A stretch of DNA of 64,000 nt, from positions 7,968-71,967 of the forward strand of contig JACQEX010000005.1 of the NCBI GenBank assembly GCA_016200345.1, written 5' to 3'. Positions 47,629-57,339 of this stretch are shown here, piece after piece (position 1 is the stretch's first letter; every line of letters begins with the position of its first letter). The notes beneath the pieces are model-generated. The model saw only the letters and a list, made by a program, of their open reading frames with translations, had not been told where the DNA came from and searched no databases. The stretch is from Nitrospinota bacterium (lineage in GTDB: Bacteria > Nitrospinota_A > UBA7883 > JACRGQ01). A program made the translations under genes and the position numbers.

Positions 47629-47769
47629 ATGAAGCCGTTCCTCATGCTCGCCGTGCTGATCGGCGGCATTTATTTGGCCGTGAAGGCCACAAAATGGGCC
47701 AACCATTTCGCATTCGGCGAGAATCGCGAACGTCTCGAAAAGGGAAAACGAGATAAAGCCGACCAATAG
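47629..47769 (+). CDS. 46-aa single-TM small protein (absent from ORF track)
   Basis: ATG 2 nt after the infB stop; MKPFLMLAVLIGGIYLAVKATKWANHFAFGENRERLEKGKRDKADQ. Confidence 0.55.
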   Translation: MKPFLMLAVLIGGIYLAVKATKWANHFAFGENRERLEKGKRDKADQ

Positions 47770-47809
47770 CCCCGCCGCGCATGACCGCGCCGTCCACGCG
47801 CTACGCGCG

Positions 47810-50110
47810 TTGGAATTCGGCCAAATCTGCGGCCTGCTTGCCGAAAGGTGCAAGACACCCCCCGGGGCGGAACTTTGCGCCAGTCTCGCGCCCGCATCCG
47901 TCCCCGCCTTGGCGGAAAAATTACTCGACGAAACCTCGGAGATGATCGGGCTCTCGGCTTCGGGTTTGGTTTTGTTTCCAAACCGCACCTCGGGGCCGGA
48001 GGCGATTATCGCCGTCGTTCGCAAGGGGCTTCTGCCGGAAAAAGAGGAGATAGCCGATTTTATTTCCTTTCTTTCGCAGGCCGTGCGGATAGGCGGGTTT
48101 ATTGCCTCGCGCCCGTCGGCGCCGCGCCTGATGGAATTATGCAAAAACTTCCGCCCGTTGGACGAGGTTATCTCCTTCTTCAGTTCGGTTTTTTCCTCCG
48201 ACGGGACAATAAGGCCGGACTCCTCGGCGCTGCTTATGGATTTGGAGTCGCGCATCGGCGCCATCCGCCAGAGAATTCACGCCAAGGCGGACCGCATGCT
48301 GGCGAAAAAAGAGTTCGCCGACAAGCTTCAAGATTCGTACGTCACTGTTCGAAACGACCGCGTTGTGTTCCCCGTAAAGGCGGAGTACAAAAATGTTTTT
48401 CCGGGGATAATTCACGGCATTTCCGCCTCCGACAAAACGGCCTTTATTGAGCCGCAGGAATTGGTGGCGGACAACAACCTTCTGAGGGAGGCGTTCGCCG
48501 AAAGGGACGCAGAAATTTACAGGCTTATGCGCGAGGCCTCCATGCTCGTAACCTCCAACGAGGAGGCGGTGAGGGCCGACTATTCCATAGCGGGACAGCT
48601 GGATATGGTTTGCGCCAGAAGTTGGTTTTCGACCGAGATAAGCGGTTCGCGTCCGCAACTGACGGAAAAGGGGCCGGTGAGCCTGCTCGCCGTCCGACAC
48701 CCGATGATGGCTGTAAGGGGCGAAAACCCGGTGCCGAACGACGTCGCGATGGGGGAGGGGGAAAGAACCCTTGTCATTTCCGGCCCCAACGCAGGGGGGA
48801 AAACGGTTCTGCTAAAATCAGTCGGCCTTTGCGTCCTTCTTTCCGCGTGCGGAATCTTCCCGCCCGTCAGGCAAGGCTCCACCTTCCCGTTCGCAAAAAA
48901 AATGTACGCCATGGTGGGGGACGAGCAGTCAATCTCCGAGGGGGAGTCCACCTTCACCGCCCAGCTTGGCGGGATAAAAGAGGCGCTGGACGGCGGTAGC
49001 GAGGGCACGTGGGTGATAGTGGACGAAATATTAAACGGCACAGACCCGGCTCAGGCCGGAGTTTTGGCCGAGACGGTTTTGGAATACCTCGCGAAAAAGG
49101 GATGCCTTACTTTTGTCTCCACCCACCTGCCGGGGCTGAAGGTCGCCGCGCAGGAAAATTCCGACATGGTCAACGCGGCCATGGGCTCCGGGGCGGACTC
49201 GGCGTTTAAACTCGTCAAGGGGATGCCGGGAGTCAGCAATCCCTTGGGGGTCGCCTCCGCAATGGGAATACCGGAGGAAATTTTGGCCTCCGCAAGGGAA
49301 CGGCTCACCGACACGCGCGACAGATACCAGTCCGCATTGACGGAGCTAAGCGGAAAATCGGCGGAGTTGGAAAGGCGCCTTGGCGAGCTTGGCGGCCTGG
49401 AGGAAAAGGCGAGGCAGACCGCCGAAAATCTTTCCGCGCGGCTAATGGAGGCGGAGGCGGCGCGCGACGAGTTCGAACGGGAAAAACGAAAAAAGCTGAA
49501 GGTGGAGATTGCAAGGGTTCGCGAGGAGGTCTCGCAACTCGTCCAAACAGCGCGCGACGGGGATTTAAAGGCCAAAAAAGAGGCCGAGCAAAAGCTGAAA
49601 AAAATGGAGAGGGATATAATAGAGCAAATTCACAGGCCGGACTCCGTTCCGCTGGAAACGCTTGGGGAGGGGGATTTTGTTTGGATAACCGCGCTGGACA
49701 GAAAGGCCAAGCTTCTTCGGCTTTCAGGGAGTAGGGCGGAGGTTCTTTGCGGGGAGTCTCGCATGACGGTTGACGTTAAGGATATAATCGGCATCAAGGA
49801 AAAGGAAAAGGCGGACGCAAAGAAAAAATCCTCGAGAGGCGGGCTTGTTTTTGACGCCGAGGAAAAAGATGCGGCCGAGATAAACTTGATGGGGATGACC
49901 GGGGAGGACGCCCTGCTGGAGCTGGACAAATTTTTGGACACGCAATATCTGCGCGGGGCCGACAGGGTCAAGGTGATCCACGGTCGCTCGGTCTTGCGCG
50001 GAAAGGTCACCGGCTATTTTAAGACGTCGGCGTACGTAAAATCGTTTTCGCAGGGAAGCATGGCGGAGGGGGGGGACGCCGTGAGCCTTGTGGAGTTGAA
50101 GGAAGGTTGA
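47810..50110 (+). CDS. mutS2: MutS2 (Smr-domain) ATPase
   Basis: ISGPNAGGKT, GDEQSI...STF, DE...GTDP, STH, C-terminal Smr (INLMG...VIHG). The true start may lie slightly upstream. Confidence 0.9.
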   Translation: MEFGQICGLLAERCKTPPGAELCASLAPASVPALAEKLLDETSEMIGLSASGLVLFPNRTSGPEAIIAVVRKGLLPEKEEIADFISFLSQAVRIGGFIASRPSAPRLMELCKNFRPLDEVISFFSSVFSSDGTIRPDSSALLMDLESRIGAIRQRIHAKADRMLAKKEFADKLQDSYVTVRNDRVVFPVKAEYKNVFPGIIHGISASDKTAFIEPQELVADNNLLREAFAERDAEIYRLMREASMLVTSNEEAVRADYSIAGQLDMVCARSWFSTEISGSRPQLTEKGPVSLLAVRHPMMAVRGENPVPNDVAMGEGERTLVISGPNAGGKTVLLKSVGLCVLLSACGIFPPVRQGSTFPFAKKMYAMVGDEQSISEGESTFTAQLGGIKEALDGGSEGTWVIVDEILNGTDPAQAGVLAETVLEYLAKKGCLTFVSTHLPGLKVAAQENSDMVNAAMGSGADSAFKLVKGMPGVSNPLGVASAMGIPEEILASARERLTDTRDRYQSALTELSGKSAELERRLGELGGLEEKARQTAENLSARLMEAEAARDEFEREKRKKLKVEIARVREEVSQLVQTARDGDLKAKKEAEQKLKKMERDIIEQIHRPDSVPLETLGEGDFVWITALDRKAKLLRLSGSRAEVLCGESRMTVDVKDIIGIKEKEKADAKKKSSRGGLVFDAEEKDAAEINLMGMTGEDALLELDKFLDTQYLRGADRVKVIHGRSVLRGKVTGYFKTSAYVKSFSQGSMAEGGDAVSLVELKEG

Positions 50111-50111
50111 A

Positions 50112-50606
50112 ATGGAGACAGTGGGCTATAAGGGGCTAAGGGGATTTTTTGCGTGGGTGGTGTTGCTGGTGGTTGTTGACCAGGCCACGAAGGAGCTTGT
50201 GAGGGCGAACGTCCCGCTTTTTACCTCTATCAATGTCATCCCCGGTTTTTTTGACGTCACGCACCTTCAAAACAAGGGGGCCGCTTTTAGCTTTTTGTCC
50301 AACGTGGACAGCAAATGGGTGGGGCGCGGGTTTTCAGTCCTCGCGTTGCTTATGATTGCGTTCGTTTCTTATTTGTACGCCGGATTAAAGGTGAGCGACC
50401 GGCTAATAAAAATTGGTCTCACCCTAATTACCGGCGGCGCCGCCGGCAACTTGGCGGATCGCCTCACAATCGGCTCCGTAACAGACTTCATAGACATGTA
50501 TGTGGCCGGTCACCACTGGCCCCCGTACAACGTGGCCGACTCGTGCATCACCGTCGGCGCGATTATTATCGGCCTCGACATACTGAAATCCCCAAAATCC
50601 AAATAA
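50112..50606 (+). CDS. lspA: Lipoprotein signal peptidase II
   Basis: DQATK, NKGAAFS, GAAGNLADR, VTDFID, YNVADS. Confidence 0.96.
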   Translation: METVGYKGLRGFFAWVVLLVVVDQATKELVRANVPLFTSINVIPGFFDVTHLQNKGAAFSFLSNVDSKWVGRGFSVLALLMIAFVSYLYAGLKVSDRLIKIGLTLITGGAAGNLADRLTIGSVTDFIDMYVAGHHWPPYNVADSCITVGAIIIGLDILKSPKSK

Positions 50607-50689
50607 CCCCAGTCTCTTCCCTAAGCTGGAACAGCTTGTAATCCAATCTGTTACGCCTATACCGCCGTCGTGGCCTCGTTAAAATTGTG

Positions 50690-50945
50690 CTAATGGATTT
50701 TTTAGCGGATGACGATAAGGCTACATAACCCGCCATTGTGAAAAACAGGGCGGGTGAGAGCGCAAGTTTGCGCCGAGTAAGCGATTACGTGGCACTTTTC
50801 GAGACGAACGATGGATGACAGCGCGTTTTTCGGGAAATCGCCGGACGGATGGTAGGTCGGCGCAAGCCGGCGTTTTTCCGGTTGGTTGGCGTAAGCCGCC
50901 AATCAGCCGGAAAAAAAATTGGAACAATAATTTAAAGGCTGGATG
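50690..50945 (+). other. Hairpin-rich intergenic leader upstream of flgM (candidate structured RNA)
   Basis: Several stems with GNRA loops, a ~20-bp hairpin at 50874-50918, and four GGATG motifs. Confidence 0.35.
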
Positions 50946-51134
50946 AAGTTCATGGGAATGAAAGCGAGCAGTGCAAAATCGGGCAAAGGCGACGGGGTGC
51001 GCCCGGACGTCGTCAGGGAATTCCGACGGCAGATTAAAAACAAAAGCTACCAGGTAAAATCCGGCGAAATCGCATCGCGGATAGCCGGCGAGCTTTTTTC
51101 CTCAACCGCCGCCTTCAAAGGGCAGGTAAAGTAA
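50943..51134 (+). CDS. flgM: Short FlgM-like anti-sigma28 factor
   Basis: VRPDVV...QIKNKSYQV...IASRI matches the FlgM C-terminal motif. Confidence 0.65.
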   Translation: MKFMGMKASSAKSGKGDGVRPDVVREFRRQIKNKSYQVKSGEIASRIAGELFSSTAAFKGQVK

Positions 51135-51209
51135 CGGCCCAAATCGCGGTTTTCCCGTTCGAATAAAGGCGTTTGCCCTTTCCACCGGAAGGGGTAAAAT
51201 GGGGGCATC

Positions 51210-52583
51210 ATGACCCCCGAAGATCCGCAGGAAAACGACGAAAGTCAGCCGGGAAAGGCTTTTTCCGCGCCACACGGCCCGCTTAACGTCATTATCTCCG
51301 AGGGGGAATTCGTAAAACCGCTCGGCGACTCGGCGGTTCCCTTCTTCGCGCTTCTTTCGGTAGCGCTTGCGGACAGGCGGAATTTCAACAACCAGTTTTA
51401 CTTCAACCTCCTAAACGAGGCGGAAAAACTGGAGGTGTTTCTAGACGACCACGGCGCGAAGGAAAACATCACCTGGTATTACTTTCGCGAGATAATCGCC
51501 AGCATCCGAAACTGCGCCATAGCCGCGTTCCAATTAAGCCACATCCTTAACAGGTACGGCGACTACCACCCCGCCGAGCCGGCCCAATATTCCGCCGAAT
51601 TTCTTTCCCAGGGCGCGGACGCGATGGCGCACCTAAATAATTTCGTAGCCGTTCTGGGTAACGAGGCGGTGGCGGAGCTAAAAAAACTCGGGTGCGAGGT
51701 CTGCATGACGACGCCGGGAATCCCGGACTACAAGGACATCGGGAGCGTCGCAAAGCTTCCCCGAAACCTGCAAATGGAAAATTTCAAGACGAGCGAGCGG
51801 ATGATAATGCACATCGCCGAAAGCTACCGCAGAATCGCCGTAAAGGTAAACCGCGAGCACTTCGGAAAAAAGACCCCGCCCGCCGAGTTCGCAAACATGA
51901 TTCCCACGAGAATCAACGAGACGAAGATAAAAATACTCGAAAGCTCCCTGCACAACATCCAGTCGGAGTACGACACCCACATCCGCATGACGGGCAACGC
52001 CACCAACGACGCCGACCTGCTGGGACTGCGGGCATTTATATCGGCGCCGATGCACCTGCTGGAAATGGCGAGGTGGCTGATACACTTCTACGAACGGCAC
52101 GAGAGCGAGAGCTATTCCGGCGTGGGGCGCGGCAACGTGGCGCACCTGGTGGATAAAAACCTCGTGCTGGGGCTTGTCTCCGGCTTCGCGCTCTTTTTCG
52201 CCCACAGGTTCATGATGATGGGAAAAAGACAGGCCGAACAGATTATGTCGCGCATGGTTAGAATGACGCGGATTACCGTCCCGGTTCCGAAACCCGCCGG
52301 GTTTCACGCCCGCCCCGCATATTATGTGACCATAGTGGTGGAAGAGCACGGAACGGACGCGTTTTTGATAGTGGACGGGAGGAAGTTCGACGCCCGCTCG
52401 GTTTTGGACATTCTGGAGGCCGGCGGCATAGCGGCGGACAAAGAGCTGGAGACGGTGGAGTTCGAGGGGGACGAAAGAACGCTTACGGACCTAAAAATTC
52501 TTTCGGACTCCAACTTCTGTGAGAACGAGCAGATTCCCAAGGAGCTTAACTACATAAGAATAGCAAGGAACATAATGGTATGA
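51210..52583 (+). CDS. Large helical protein with C-terminal HPr domain
   Basis: GFHARPA (HPr His motif) and FDARSVLDIL near the C-terminus. Confidence 0.8.
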   Translation: MTPEDPQENDESQPGKAFSAPHGPLNVIISEGEFVKPLGDSAVPFFALLSVALADRRNFNNQFYFNLLNEAEKLEVFLDDHGAKENITWYYFREIIASIRNCAIAAFQLSHILNRYGDYHPAEPAQYSAEFLSQGADAMAHLNNFVAVLGNEAVAELKKLGCEVCMTTPGIPDYKDIGSVAKLPRNLQMENFKTSERMIMHIAESYRRIAVKVNREHFGKKTPPAEFANMIPTRINETKIKILESSLHNIQSEYDTHIRMTGNATNDADLLGLRAFISAPMHLLEMARWLIHFYERHESESYSGVGRGNVAHLVDKNLVLGLVSGFALFFAHRFMMMGKRQAEQIMSRMVRMTRITVPVPKPAGFHARPAYYVTIVVEEHGTDAFLIVDGRKFDARSVLDILEAGGIAADKELETVEFEGDERTLTDLKILSDSNFCENEQIPKELNYIRIARNIMV

Positions 52584-53743
52584 GCAGACTAACGGAGGCA
52601 AAAAAAGCGGTCTCAGCGCTGGTCCCGGCGGCGTCGGCCATCAGCAGGCGCATCTTCGAAAAACCGGAGCTAAACTTTGAGGAGGTCTTCGCGGCCGAGG
52701 CATTGACGGAGGCTTTTTCCGCCGAGGGTTTCAAAATAAGGCGCGGAACAAAAAAACTAAAGACCGCGTTCGAGGCAAAGTGGACGGGAAATAAAAACGG
52801 CCCCACCGTGGCTATACTGGCGGAGTACGACGCGCTTCCGAACATCGGCCACGCATGCGGGCACAACATGATTGCCGCCTCCGCGTTCGCATCCGCCGTC
52901 GCGGTAAAGCGCATCCTTGGCGAAAAATGCGGGACGCTAAAGGTCATCGGCACCCCGGCGGAAGAGGGGGGCGGCGGAAAGCTGTACATGATAAAAGATG
53001 GTTGGTTCAAAGGGGTGGACGCCGCGCTGATGGTTCACCCGGCAAACAGAAACCGCGCAATCGCGCGAATGCTCGCGGTGATGGAGTTGGAGTTCAAATT
53101 TTACGGCAAGGCCTCGCACGCCGCCGCGCATCCCGACAAGGGGATCAACGCGCTGGACGCGGTGATAACGCTTTTCAACACCATTAACGCCATGCGCCAG
53201 CAGACTCCGAATTTCAGCCGGGTGCACGGCATAATCACCCACGGCGGAGACGCGCCGAACATAATACCGGAGTTCGCCTCGGCGAAGTTTTTTGTGCGCG
53301 GCATAACGGTCTCCGATTTCGAGATGATGCTGAAAAAAGTTATCACATGCGCCAAAGGGGCCGCGCAGGCGACGGGGTGCAGGTTGAAGACCGTTAAAAA
53401 CCCGATTTTCTATCTGCCGTTCGAGCCGAACCGGACGATGGGAAAAGTGTTTAAGGGGTACATGGAGGCTGTCGGCCTCAAGGACGGCGGCGTTGCGGAA
53501 AACCTGGAGATAGGCTCTTCCGACATCGGCAACCTCTCGCAGGTCGTTCCGGCCCTGCACCCGGAGTTTTGCGTATCCGACCCGGAGGTGGTGAACCATT
53601 CGAGGGATTTTCTAAAGGCCGTCGTCTCGAAAAAAGGGGAGGGGGCGATGTTCAAGGCGGCCACCGCGCTAACCGCGACGGTGTGCGACCTGTTCACCAA
53701 ACCGGAGTTTTTGAAGGCCGTCCGCTCCGAGTTCGCCTCTTGA
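52580..53743 (+). CDS. M20-family amidohydrolase (AbgB/PM20D2-like)
   Basis: LAEYDALP.IGHACGHN, GTPAEEGGGGK, GKASHAA, GSSDIGN. Confidence 0.9.
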   Translation: MSRLTEAKKAVSALVPAASAISRRIFEKPELNFEEVFAAEALTEAFSAEGFKIRRGTKKLKTAFEAKWTGNKNGPTVAILAEYDALPNIGHACGHNMIAASAFASAVAVKRILGEKCGTLKVIGTPAEEGGGGKLYMIKDGWFKGVDAALMVHPANRNRAIARMLAVMELEFKFYGKASHAAAHPDKGINALDAVITLFNTINAMRQQTPNFSRVHGIITHGGDAPNIIPEFASAKFFVRGITVSDFEMMLKKVITCAKGAAQATGCRLKTVKNPIFYLPFEPNRTMGKVFKGYMEAVGLKDGGVAENLEIGSSDIGNLSQVVPALHPEFCVSDPEVVNHSRDFLKAVVSKKGEGAMFKAATALTATVCDLFTKPEFLKAVRSEFAS

Positions 53744-53770
53744 AACCGTTAAGGGGTATAATCAAACCTT

Positions 53771-54076
53771 ATGGAAATATTGAAGCAAATTAAGTCGAGG
53801 TTGGCGGAAGCCTACGGGAGCCGCCTTAAGGCCGTTGTGTTGTATGGTTCAGAGGCAAGGGGAGACTCAGAACCGGATAGCGATATTGATGTTCTCGTAG
53901 TTCTTGATGGAGAAATAAGGTTGGGCGAAGACGTCGTAAAAATAATAGATGTCCTTTATCCTTTGCAGTTGAAGGTCTTTCGTCCCATCCATGCCCTGCC
54001 GGTCAGTGCCGCTGATTACGCGGCGGGCGAGTACGCGCTTTACCGTAACGCCAAACGCCAGGGGGTTCCGGCTTGA
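53771..54076 (+). CDS. Minimal nucleotidyltransferase (MNT antitoxin type)
   Basis: LYGSEARG...SDIDVLV. Confidence 0.85.
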   Translation: MEILKQIKSRLAEAYGSRLKAVVLYGSEARGDSEPDSDIDVLVVLDGEIRLGEDVVKIIDVLYPLQLKVFRPIHALPVSAADYAAGEYALYRNAKRQGVPA

Positions 54077-54093
54077 GGGGGGGAGGCCAAGAA

Positions 54094-55071
54094 CTATATT
54101 TTTTGACCTTTTTTTAACCTAGTTTTAATTAATTTTCGGTAATTGGCCTTAGGTTCGTGGACGGATGGAAAGCCGTCCATCCAGGATAAATCCCTTCCTA
54201 TGACCAACTCCTCCATCGCGGCGTGGTGGGTGTTGTTCATCGGAATTAGACGCATTTGGAAGCCATGTTTTCTTGCTAGAATTTTCACTTCGTCGGCGTT
54301 GTCGTATGTCATTAGAAAGTCGCCCTTAACCTCTTCGCAAATTGAAAACAGCCGCTCGTGGTCAATCATGGAATGATTGTATAGTCTCTTGCCGGCCTTT
54401 TTCCCCCCGGCTGTGTATGGGGGATCAATAAAAAAAATAACATCGTCCCTTTTGGCAAATTCTTGCATCACTTTCAAACCGTCCTCGCGCCTAAAATCTA
54501 TTTTTTTTGAAAAGTCCCCGATGTTCAAAAGCCTGTTTGCTATCGTCCGTGGGTACCAACGCGAAGTGATGCCTTTGCCATTTTCGCCGTGTTTCAAAAT
54601 GCCGGAACCGGGAGCCAGTATCCCTCCGTGGAAGGTTCTGTTTTTTAAAATCGTATGAAACGCGATTTCCTTATTGGATTTAGTTGGCTTGCTGAGTTCC
54701 TTCAAAAGCGATTCTTTGGTCAGATTAAAAGTTAAAATCTTATCGGCCAGCCATTTTGCGTGTCCTTCGACAATCAATTTCCAAACTGCCGCCACCTCAT
54801 TGTCCAATTCGACCATAACCGCTTTTTGAGCTAAATTCTCAGATAATGCGGTAAGGCTGATTATTCCGCCCCCGGCAAACGGCTCCACTAGGAATTTTGG
54901 CTTTTGGTGGAGAGATGAGCACCACCCCCTGAATGTTGGCACAAACCATGTCTTTCCTCCGGGATACCTAAAAGGGCTTAGTTTGGCCACGGACGACACA
55001 TTTACCGGCTTTATTGTCCGGCTCCCACGCAATATATCTGGAAATAATGCAATTTGTTTATGTGGAGGCAT
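54094..55071 (-). CDS. Amino-DNA methyltransferase (Dam/D12-like)
   Basis: SPFRYPGGK, EPFAGGG, IDPPY; AT-rich. Confidence 0.9.
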   Translation of the reverse strand: MPPHKQIALFPDILRGSRTIKPVNVSSVAKLSPFRYPGGKTWFVPTFRGWCSSLHQKPKFLVEPFAGGGIISLTALSENLAQKAVMVELDNEVAAVWKLIVEGHAKWLADKILTFNLTKESLLKELSKPTKSNKEIAFHTILKNRTFHGGILAPGSGILKHGENGKGITSRWYPRTIANRLLNIGDFSKKIDFRREDGLKVMQEFAKRDDVIFFIDPPYTAGGKKAGKRLYNHSMIDHERLFSICEEVKGDFLMTYDNADEVKILARKHGFQMRLIPMNNTHHAAMEELVIGRDLSWMDGFPSVHEPKANYRKLIKTRLKKGQKI

Positions 55072-55074
55072 AAC

Positions 55075-55959
55075 TTAGAAGGGATTCTCAATTGTTTTAT
55101 TAATTGGGGGATTCTCAAGTTTGTCGTCCAGTTTTTCCTGCAAAAGCTTTACAAAATCACCTACATTACCCTGCAAAGGGGTAGTGATGGAAAAAAGAGA
55201 AGATGTGAATTCCGTATATATCTCGTCAACGACCTTTAGTCTATACTTTGGAGCTCCAGTATTTTTGTCCTCTTTCAATTCTAGGTCATATATAAACCAC
55301 GCCATATCAGCCTTTGATTGCGCAACTTTTTTAAGAGTCGGAAGCGTGGAAAAAAATCGTTTGTCGAGGGCGACGGCGCATTTCCTTTTCCAATTATGGA
55401 GAATTCCGCCCTTAAAAAGTAGCTGTGGCGCCAGTCTCTTCCTTGAGGATGAGAGAAAATCAGGACGGGGGTATCTGGGTTGTTTTGACCAGTCCATTAA
55501 TCCGCGTTCCGACGGTTTTTCCATATAATGCTCGAATGGGTCGCGCACATTGCCCGAAATATAAACGGCCTGAACCTCCAAGGCGCCGAAATCCACGACT
55601 TTACCGTTTTTATCGTAGGCTACCAAAATTACGTCAATGTTCCCCGCGGATTTCCCGTTCTTGTCGTTGAGCCGAACCTCGGTGAGGGAACTCCACTTTG
55701 TTCCCTCCTTAAAGAAAAACCTCGCGGCATCGTCAGTGATAATCCAATCCTCGCGGAAACGAATGGGGCAGGTTATTACCGGATGGTTTTTGTGAAAAAT
55801 CGAACATACTCCCAACGGATTTTTTGCCTTGTCCTTCGTGCAATTTGGCACGATGTTGTTGAACGGGCAATATTGATGCGAACGGTACCGTTTTGCGACA
55901 GTGGATTGGTCGGTTGTCAGGTGGCCGAAGACTTCCGCCAAAGGATGTTTGGGGGTCAT
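55075..55959 (-). CDS. NotI-family restriction endonuclease
   Basis: Start reassigned to ATG 55959 (MTPKHPLAEVFG); CPF...C.K...GVCS...CPIRF Cys4 metal site; GNIDV...LEVQAVY. Confidence 0.8.
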   Translation of the reverse strand: MTPKHPLAEVFGHLTTDQSTVAKRYRSHQYCPFNNIVPNCTKDKAKNPLGVCSIFHKNHPVITCPIRFREDWIITDDAARFFFKEGTKWSSLTEVRLNDKNGKSAGNIDVILVAYDKNGKVVDFGALEVQAVYISGNVRDPFEHYMEKPSERGLMDWSKQPRYPRPDFLSSSRKRLAPQLLFKGGILHNWKRKCAVALDKRFFSTLPTLKKVAQSKADMAWFIYDLELKEDKNTGAPKYRLKVVDEIYTEFTSSLFSITTPLQGNVGDFVKLLQEKLDDKLENPPINKTIENPF

Positions 55960-55982
55960 GTTCGGCCACTTAAAGCAAACAT

Positions 55983-56987
55983 CTAAACCAAAAACTTTTT
56001 GGCGGTTTCGACGTCGTCGTTGCTTCCTATATACAACGCGGTGCGCTGGTGCAGGGCCGTAGGCACGATGTCTAAAATCCTTTTGCCGGTCGCGTCCACC
56101 GCCTGCCCCCCCGCCTGCTCCGCTATGAACGCAAGCGGAATCGCCTCGTACATCAGCCGTAGCTTTCCCTGCGGGCTTCTCTTGTCGGGCGGATACATAA
56201 ATATCCCCCCCTTCGTGAGGTTTCTGTGGAAGTCCGCGACGAGCGAGCCGATGTAGCGCGACGAGTACGGCCTTCCGGTCGCCTTGTCGTCGGAGACGAA
56301 ATAATCCACCATCTTTTTTGTTTTGTCGTCCCAGAAAATTCTGTTCCCCTCGTTGACGCTGTAAATGCCCCCTTTTTTCGGCGATTTGATGTTCGGGTGA
56401 GAGAGGATGAACTCGCCAACGCCGGGGTCGAGCGTGAAGCCGTGGACCCCCAGACCGGTGCTGTATACGAACATCGTGGACGAGCCGTAGACCGCGTACC
56501 CGGCGGCGATCATCTGGTTGCCCGGCTGAAGGAAATCCTCCGCCGCGCATTTCGGGCCGGTTGATTTTTTCTTAAAAATAGAAAATATACTGCCGATGCT
56601 CACGTTCACGTCTATGTTTGAGGAGCCGTCCAGCGGGTCGAATAGCAGGACGTATTTGCCGCCCTGCGGGTGTCTGTCGGGGATGGGGATATAATCGTCC
56701 ACCTCCTCCGAGGCCATGCCGCAGAGATAGCCGGTGTGGTCCATCTTGTGGATTATGGTCGTGTTGGCGAAGACGTCGAGTTTTTGTTGAATCTCCCCCT
56801 GTATGTTCGTGGTTCCCGCCTGGCCGAGGATGTTCATAAGCCCCGCCTTGTTGACCTCGTAAGCGATTACCTTGAGCGCGACCACCAGCTCGTAGAGCAT
56901 CCCGGAAAAATCGCCCTTCGCGCCCGGAAACTGGCGCTGTTCCTCCATTATTTTTTTTGTTATCGTCGTTCCAAGCCTGGTAGTCAT
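55983..56987 (-). CDS. fbp: Fructose-1,6-bisphosphatase class 1
   Basis: EIQQKLDV, FDPLDGSSNID, RYIGSLVADFHR, KLRLMYE. Confidence 0.97.
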   Translation of the reverse strand: MTTRLGTTITKKIMEEQRQFPGAKGDFSGMLYELVVALKVIAYEVNKAGLMNILGQAGTTNIQGEIQQKLDVFANTTIIHKMDHTGYLCGMASEEVDDYIPIPDRHPQGGKYVLLFDPLDGSSNIDVNVSIGSIFSIFKKKSTGPKCAAEDFLQPGNQMIAAGYAVYGSSTMFVYSTGLGVHGFTLDPGVGEFILSHPNIKSPKKGGIYSVNEGNRIFWDDKTKKMVDYFVSDDKATGRPYSSRYIGSLVADFHRNLTKGGIFMYPPDKRSPQGKLRLMYEAIPLAFIAEQAGGQAVDATGKRILDIVPTALHQRTALYIGSNDDVETAKKFLV

Positions 56988-56988
56988 G

Positions 56989-57339
<351 letters not shown>

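Noticed and set aside
50874-50918. Intrinsic terminator
   Set aside because: The T-tract lies 5' of the stem on both strands, which is the wrong geometry.
54073-54117. Relic HEPN toxin start overlapping the MNT stop
   Set aside because: The TTG frame reads MRGGGQELYFLTFF with no HEPN resemblance.
55960-56550. 197-aa N-terminal extension of the NotI-family ORF
   Set aside because: Alternate-frame overlap with fbp; real homology starts at ATG 55959.
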